Shown here one piece after another: positions 33,792 to 38,147 of a stretch of DNA of 38,147 bases (position 1 is its first letter; the number at the start of each line of letters is the position of its first letter). Position numbers and translations under genes: made by a program. The stretch is from positions 1 to 38,147 of the IMG/VR virus record IMGVR_UViG_3300032225_000852. One strand, given 5' to 3'. Under the pieces are notes generated by a model. That model saw nothing but the letters and a program-made list of their open reading frames with translations, had not been told where the DNA came from and did not search any database. The DNA is from a virus. Its lineage: Duplodnaviria; Caudoviricetes.

Positions 33792-34310
33792 TTACCAGCC
33801 GGGGCAGTTCCACCGCTTGAGCGATGCTTTGGCGCGTGGTGCGTCCCCTTTTGAGTGTTCTACGACACCAGACATGCGCGCACAAAAAGAATCTTTTCGA
33901 GCACCACCTTGGGGCTGGGGAGCCTTCAGATTTGATCCGGTTTCACGGTTGTATTTTGCCCGACCTTTGGCGGTTAAGCCAGCGCCTTTTGACTCAGGAA
34001 GTTTTTCTCCACGGCCAACGGCCAAAGACACACCGCCCTTTTTCATCTTGGCAGTTTTTGCTGACTGCTTGAATGCTTCTGCCGTTGGAGCACCCTTGGT
34101 GCCCGGCTTACGCATCTTCTCGCCAGAACCATGAGCGATACGCTCTTGTTTGGCGTGAATGTTCTCGTACAAGCCACCCTTTTTGAATGACTTACCTTCG
34201 TCGGCTTTGACAAACTCCTTGCCGACTTTTTGAGGCACGCCACCAAAACCGCCCTTAGTGTGGGCGGCGGCTTCCATCAAACGATGTTGGGCTGGTGATT
34301 TGCTTGGCAT
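33792..34310 (-). CDS. basic multi-module head-region protein
   Basis: MPSKSPAQHRLM / GLYENIHAK / GLTAKGRAKYN...SFCARM modules separated by KKGG. Confidence 0.8.
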   Translation of the reverse strand: MPSKSPAQHRLMEAAAHTKGGFGGVPQKVGKEFVKADEGKSFKKGGLYENIHAKQERIAHGSGEKMRKPGTKGAPTAEAFKQSAKTAKMKKGGVSLAVGRGEKLPESKGAGLTAKGRAKYNRETGSNLKAPQPQGGARKDSFCARMSGVVEHSKGDAPRAKASLKRWNCPGW

Positions 34311-34312
34311 GA

Positions 34313-34717
34313 TCAGGCGTAGGACTTGACCATCTCAAGCACAACGGTGTATGTATCGCCGGCGGTTGCATCAGATGTGCTAAATACGATGTTGCCGTTT
34401 TTGCCTGCGCCAGAATTGTTTGTGATGCCACCAGCACTTGAAAAATCATTTTGGTAGTTGGTGTTGACGGCCGCCAAGAAAAACGGAACGTCAGTTGTTG
34501 CATCCCAGTACATACGCACTTCCATGCCGTGGCAGACAGAAGTGATTTTGTTGACAACAACACCGGTGCAGGCCTTGCCAGATGCGCTGGACGTAAGGTT
34601 GGCCACGTTCACTTTGGTGACTGCTGTTTCACCAGTGCCATCACTGATGTTTGTAAATTTCATGATCGCCAAACGCTCACCATCAAATAGCGTTTGACTT
34701 GTGACTGCATCAGCCAT
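34313..34717 (-). CDS. putative virion structural protein (beta-rich)
   Basis: GGAG RBS; start at MADAVTSQ; located in the head gene cluster. Confidence 0.75.
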   Translation of the reverse strand: MADAVTSQTLFDGERLAIMKFTNISDGTGETAVTKVNVANLTSSASGKACTGVVVNKITSVCHGMEVRMYWDATTDVPFFLAAVNTNYQNDFSSAGGITNNSGAGKNGNIVFSTSDATAGDTYTVVLEMVKSYA

Positions 34718-34731
34718 ATTTTTCTCCAATT

Positions 34732-34755
34732 AAAAAGCAGGGGCCGAAGCCCCCA
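34732..34755 (-). terminator. intrinsic terminator
   Basis: GGGGC-UUCG-GCCCC followed by UGCUUUUU. Confidence 0.75.
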
Positions 34756-34762
34756 CTTAGAT

Positions 34763-36355
34763 TTAGCACATCATGCCACCGCGCTTTTTGCCGGGCGACA
34801 CAGTCACTGATTTCTCAGTCTTTGTGACGCTACCAGCAGGTGGAGAAATGAGGTTCTTGGCCTTGCCATACAACTCTTTCACCATACTCAACGGATTCAT
34901 AGCTTCTTCAAGTTCGCGGCTGGCTTTGTCGCTGACGGCTTTTGGGTCTTTCACAATGTACTTGTCATTGGAAGAACCGCCGTCATTAAACTTTTTTGCC
35001 ATACCGCCCATCTTGTAACGGTTCAATTGACCTTGAGCGGTGTCATGAGCGTCGCTCACGTCATCGGTGTGGTAATCAGCTTCGGAATAGTGTTTGCCTT
35101 CCGGGCTAAAAAATTTCACACGATGCTCACCATAATCACGGTCTTTGTAAACCTTAGCTACATGGCCTTTTGGGCCAGTGTGGGTTTTTACAAGGCGAAG
35201 GTTTGGCTTCTCTGGATTCTTTTCCAACCTTTTAGCAAGGTCGGTGTAGTAATCCACTTTGCCACCCTTCGCAAAGGTGCCAGATTGCAAGCTGTTGGCT
35301 ACGGGACGGCTGACAAAGTGACGAGGCATCTTCTCAGCCTTGCCATCACTTACGACATTACCCCCCGTAGCAAAAGCTTTTTTTGAGGCACGCCCTCCCA
35401 TCTTGAAACCACCGCCATTGCCGTTCTTCACACCACCAGTGGTAGTGTTCTTGACGCCGGGCTTGGCTGAGTTTGCAGGACGGTTTTCCCAATCACCACC
35501 TTCAATGGCATTGCCCAAACCGGGAACCTTGCCGCCGCCCTTAAAGCCGCCAGCATTACCCATCTTGACGCCGCCAGTGGTGCCACCAGTTTTGCCCTTG
35601 CCTGCTGTCACCATCTTGGTGTTCTCGTAGGCCTTCTCGTTGCCCATAATGGAGCCGCCCATGGCATAACCACCCATGGCTTTACCGCCCATGTTGTAGC
35701 CGCCGGGCTTGCCCATTTTTACTTCACCAGTGCCACGGGCGCTGTCTTTGTGAGACGTGTCCATCTTGGTTTTTGCAAACTTCTTAGCACCGGTTTCAAT
35801 AGTGGTACGTGTCTCATCTTTGTCAATTGCACCGCCAGAGGCTTTGCCGTGTGCCTTAGAGGCAGACATGGACTCGTGGTGCTTCAACTCTTTCTCAAGG
35901 TCTGCACAGCACTTAGCGTCCATGGAGCCGCCCTTCTTCATGCCAGACAAGGCACGTTGAACCATTGCGGCACGTTTCATACGCTGGTTTGGAGACATAC
36001 CGGCCAGAGCCTGACGACCCATTGCTTGCATAGGTGCAGGAGCCACAGGCATAGCGCCGGGCACTGCACCGGGCATGCCCATAGGCATACCACCACCCAT
36101 TTGCTTTTTGACGACTTTGCCGCCCTTAGCATATTGGTTGGGGTTCATTGCACGACGACGTTCAGCCATTGACGGCTTTTTAGGCGCAACACCGTTTTCA
36201 GCGTCTTCAAACACTTTTGGGTTGTTGCTTGCCATAGACCGAAAAGATTCGGCTTGACCAGCGGCTTTGGTCATAACTTTGCCGCCTTTTTTGAGTTTCA
36301 GAATAACTGAAGGCTCGTCGGTCATCATTTTGACCATTGGTTTAAATTGACCCAT
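34763..36355 (-). CDS. Gly/Lys/Met-rich low-complexity protein with repeated [FYML]xxGG motifs
   Basis: AAGGAG RBS; roughly a dozen such motifs. Confidence 0.8.
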   Translation of the reverse strand: MGQFKPMVKMMTDEPSVILKLKKGGKVMTKAAGQAESFRSMASNNPKVFEDAENGVAPKKPSMAERRRAMNPNQYAKGGKVVKKQMGGGMPMGMPGAVPGAMPVAPAPMQAMGRQALAGMSPNQRMKRAAMVQRALSGMKKGGSMDAKCCADLEKELKHHESMSASKAHGKASGGAIDKDETRTTIETGAKKFAKTKMDTSHKDSARGTGEVKMGKPGGYNMGGKAMGGYAMGGSIMGNEKAYENTKMVTAGKGKTGGTTGGVKMGNAGGFKGGGKVPGLGNAIEGGDWENRPANSAKPGVKNTTTGGVKNGNGGGFKMGGRASKKAFATGGNVVSDGKAEKMPRHFVSRPVANSLQSGTFAKGGKVDYYTDLAKRLEKNPEKPNLRLVKTHTGPKGHVAKVYKDRDYGEHRVKFFSPEGKHYSEADYHTDDVSDAHDTAQGQLNRYKMGGMAKKFNDGGSSNDKYIVKDPKAVSDKASRELEEAMNPLSMVKELYGKAKNLISPPAGSVTKTEKSVTVSPGKKRGGMMC

Positions 36356-36367
36356 GTTGCTCTCCTT

Positions 36368-37624
36368 TTAGGAAACGAGGTTTTGGTTTACACCAAGAGC
36401 ACCGATGCGAGTTGCATTGGGGCCAACGGCAATACCGGGCAACAAAATTCCCATCACTGTACGGTTGATACCGTCTGATGCTGTGCCCGGTACATAAGTA
36501 CCACGAACATCACCTGTTGTGGTGGTTGCTGTTGCAGTGTCTGCGGCTACAAAGGTTCCAGTATCCTGGGCTAATGTGCTGTTGGTTTTCACGCTTGCAA
36601 TATATGCTACGTTAAACACTCGCACAGGCAATCCAAGAATGTCTGTTGTACCTACTGTTAATGCCGTACCTGTTGCACCACTTGTTGTAATAGAAGTAAT
36701 TTGGAAAAATGCTTTTTTACCATTTACTGCTGTACTAACTGCGGCGCTAGAAGTAATTGCCTCACTCATAGGTTGACCATAATAGTCATAACCACTCACA
36801 GTAATTGTCTGTGGTGCGGCACCCAAAGTGTAAGTCAAACCAGTTGGTGTACCTGCTGTTGTAACAACTGCACCACCTGCGGTTGTTGTCAAAGTTGCAC
36901 TTGTTGCTGTAACTGCGCTCAGGATATAGGTTGTTGGGTTGCTGTAACCTGTAATCGTACCTGTACCACCTAAAGTGCCAGAAATAGTCATGCGTTGACC
37001 AGTGAACACGCTTGCGTTAGAGGTAAAAGTAATTTGACCCCCAGTTCCAGCAATAATAACACTTGCCAATACAGAACCTGTTGCAGTACCTGTAGTTACT
37101 TTAACTGCGCGTGGCAAATCAACTTGTAATGCTGTTGTGCCGTCATTACGGATAACAGATTTAACTGATGTACCTGCTGTCAAAGTCAAAGAACCTGATG
37201 CTACGGGTGTTTGTGAGGCGGCAATGTTATTTGCTACCAATGCTTGGGGAATTACATCCCAAACATAAATACGGCCCAAAGGACCAATACCCAAATCCAT
37301 AGGAGCTGGATCGTCAAATGCAATATTGCCATGCAATGTCAAAGCAGTTGTATTTGCAATGTTAATTGCTTGATTGAGCGTATAAGTACCTGTGCCACCA
37401 TTACCAGTGCCAAAGGCAGTGATATAGGTTCCATCAGTTACGCTTGTACCATCAACAAACATACCAACAACAATTGGAGCACCTTGATTTAGGGCAGTAA
37501 TTGTTAAGGTTGAAGAGGATACACCACCTGTACCACCAGTGGCAGTAGCAGTGTAGGGGCGAATCCCTGTACCCATGTAAGTTTGGGCAGGGCCTAGAAA
37601 GAGGTCATCTGAAAATTGAGGCAT
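36368..37624 (-). CDS. putative capsid decoration protein
   Basis: Directly after the capsid gene; PRAV..T, V.GYDYYGQ.M.E and GKKAF motifs; Thr/Gly-rich inserts. Confidence 0.7.
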   Translation of the reverse strand: MPQFSDDLFLGPAQTYMGTGIRPYTATATGGTGGVSSSTLTITALNQGAPIVVGMFVDGTSVTDGTYITAFGTGNGGTGTYTLNQAINIANTTALTLHGNIAFDDPAPMDLGIGPLGRIYVWDVIPQALVANNIAASQTPVASGSLTLTAGTSVKSVIRNDGTTALQVDLPRAVKVTTGTATGSVLASVIIAGTGGQITFTSNASVFTGQRMTISGTLGGTGTITGYSNPTTYILSAVTATSATLTTTAGGAVVTTAGTPTGLTYTLGAAPQTITVSGYDYYGQPMSEAITSSAAVSTAVNGKKAFFQITSITTSGATGTALTVGTTDILGLPVRVFNVAYIASVKTNSTLAQDTGTFVAADTATATTTTGDVRGTYVPGTASDGINRTVMGILLPGIAVGPNATRIGALGVNQNLVS

Positions 37625-37656
37625 TTGATCTTCTCCTTGAAAAGCATGATCAGTTT

Positions 37657-37687
37657 AAAAAAAAGGGCTGGCTTTTACACCAGCCCC
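37657..37687 (-). terminator. intrinsic terminator after the major capsid gene
   Basis: GGGCTGG/CCAGCCC stem followed by U8. Confidence 0.85.
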
Positions 37688-37694
37688 TGTCACT

Positions 37695-38147
37695 TTAGAC
37701 GCCGGGTGTGCCGTAAGCACAACGTGGGTCTGTAAAGCTGATGTCATAACGCTCGGTAGCCTTGTAACGCATTGTGTCGGTCTCGAAGTCACCTTCCATG
37801 GTCTTCTCCAAACGACGACGCATCAACAGCTTGAAGCCTTCAGGTGCATCGGTTTGAACCCAGAACGCGCTAGGATTGGTCAAACGAGACAGAACAGCGG
37901 CACCTTCGTCCAGCAAACCAATAGATTTAACTGGGTTGATGTCGTTGTTTGCGTTGCCTGTGCGGAGCACAGACTTCAACAGAACTTCAGCTTGGAAGAT
38001 GTTGCCGGGAGCCACGATCAATTGACGTGGAACCAAACGAATCTTCTTGCCGTTGTTGTCAACTGCTTGACGAATTTGGATCAACATTTGTTCCAAAGAA
38101 GTCTGTGACAAGTTGGCGGCAGTAGCCAATTGGTTGCTGAAAGTGCC
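37695..38147 (-). CDS. major capsid protein, C-terminal part (5' end outside the window)
   Basis: P..L.V.P, NDINP, GDFET...YKATERY and DPR..YG.PG; frame open to the window edge; followed by a terminator. Confidence 0.85.
   Translation of the reverse strand, partial: GTFSNQLATAANLSQTSLEQMLIQIRQAVDNNGKKIRLVPRQLIVAPGNIFQAEVLLKSVLRTGNANNDINPVKSIGLLDEGAAVLSRLTNPSAFWVQTDAPEGFKLLMRRRLEKTMEGDFETDTMRYKATERYDISFTDPRCAYGTPGV

Noticed and set aside
10785-38147. Numerous plus-strand and alternative-frame ORFs in the late region (e.g. 16652-17323, 13827-14741)
   Set aside because: These are shadows of repetitive Gly/Thr/Ala/Gln-rich genes, with no RBS support or recognisable motifs.

Overview
The whole window is a large fragment of a tailed dsDNA bacteriophage genome. 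The podovirus-like layout (adaptor, nozzle and ejection proteins, with no tape measure or tail sheath gene) and a Gram-negative, probably betaproteobacterial host are both inferred. Positions 1-8055 (minus strand) hold early, replication and recombination genes: Cro-like HTH, ParB-like protein, SF2 helicase, TOPRIM primase, 2OG-Fe(II) oxygenase, RuvC-like resolvase and an HNH/Ref-like nuclease. A ~660-nt ORF-poor, highly structured region follows the primase. Positions 8171-10630 (plus strand) hold an SSB-like protein, a PD-(D/E)xK nuclease and small ORFs. Positions 10785-38147 (minus strand) are the late region: major capsid C-terminus, decoration protein, GG-motif head proteins, adaptors, fibres, lysis cassette, nozzle and ejection proteins, including a lytic transglycosylase. 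The most striking feature is an acyl carrier protein, a beta-ketoacyl synthase and a 144-aa unknown protein, tightly coupled between the nozzle and two unusually Cys-rich putative ejection proteins. One of those begins Met-Gly and carries six TonB-box-like motifs. I propose this as a candidate phage-encoded system for lipidating virion proteins. All product calls come from motif recognition and gene order, not database searches.
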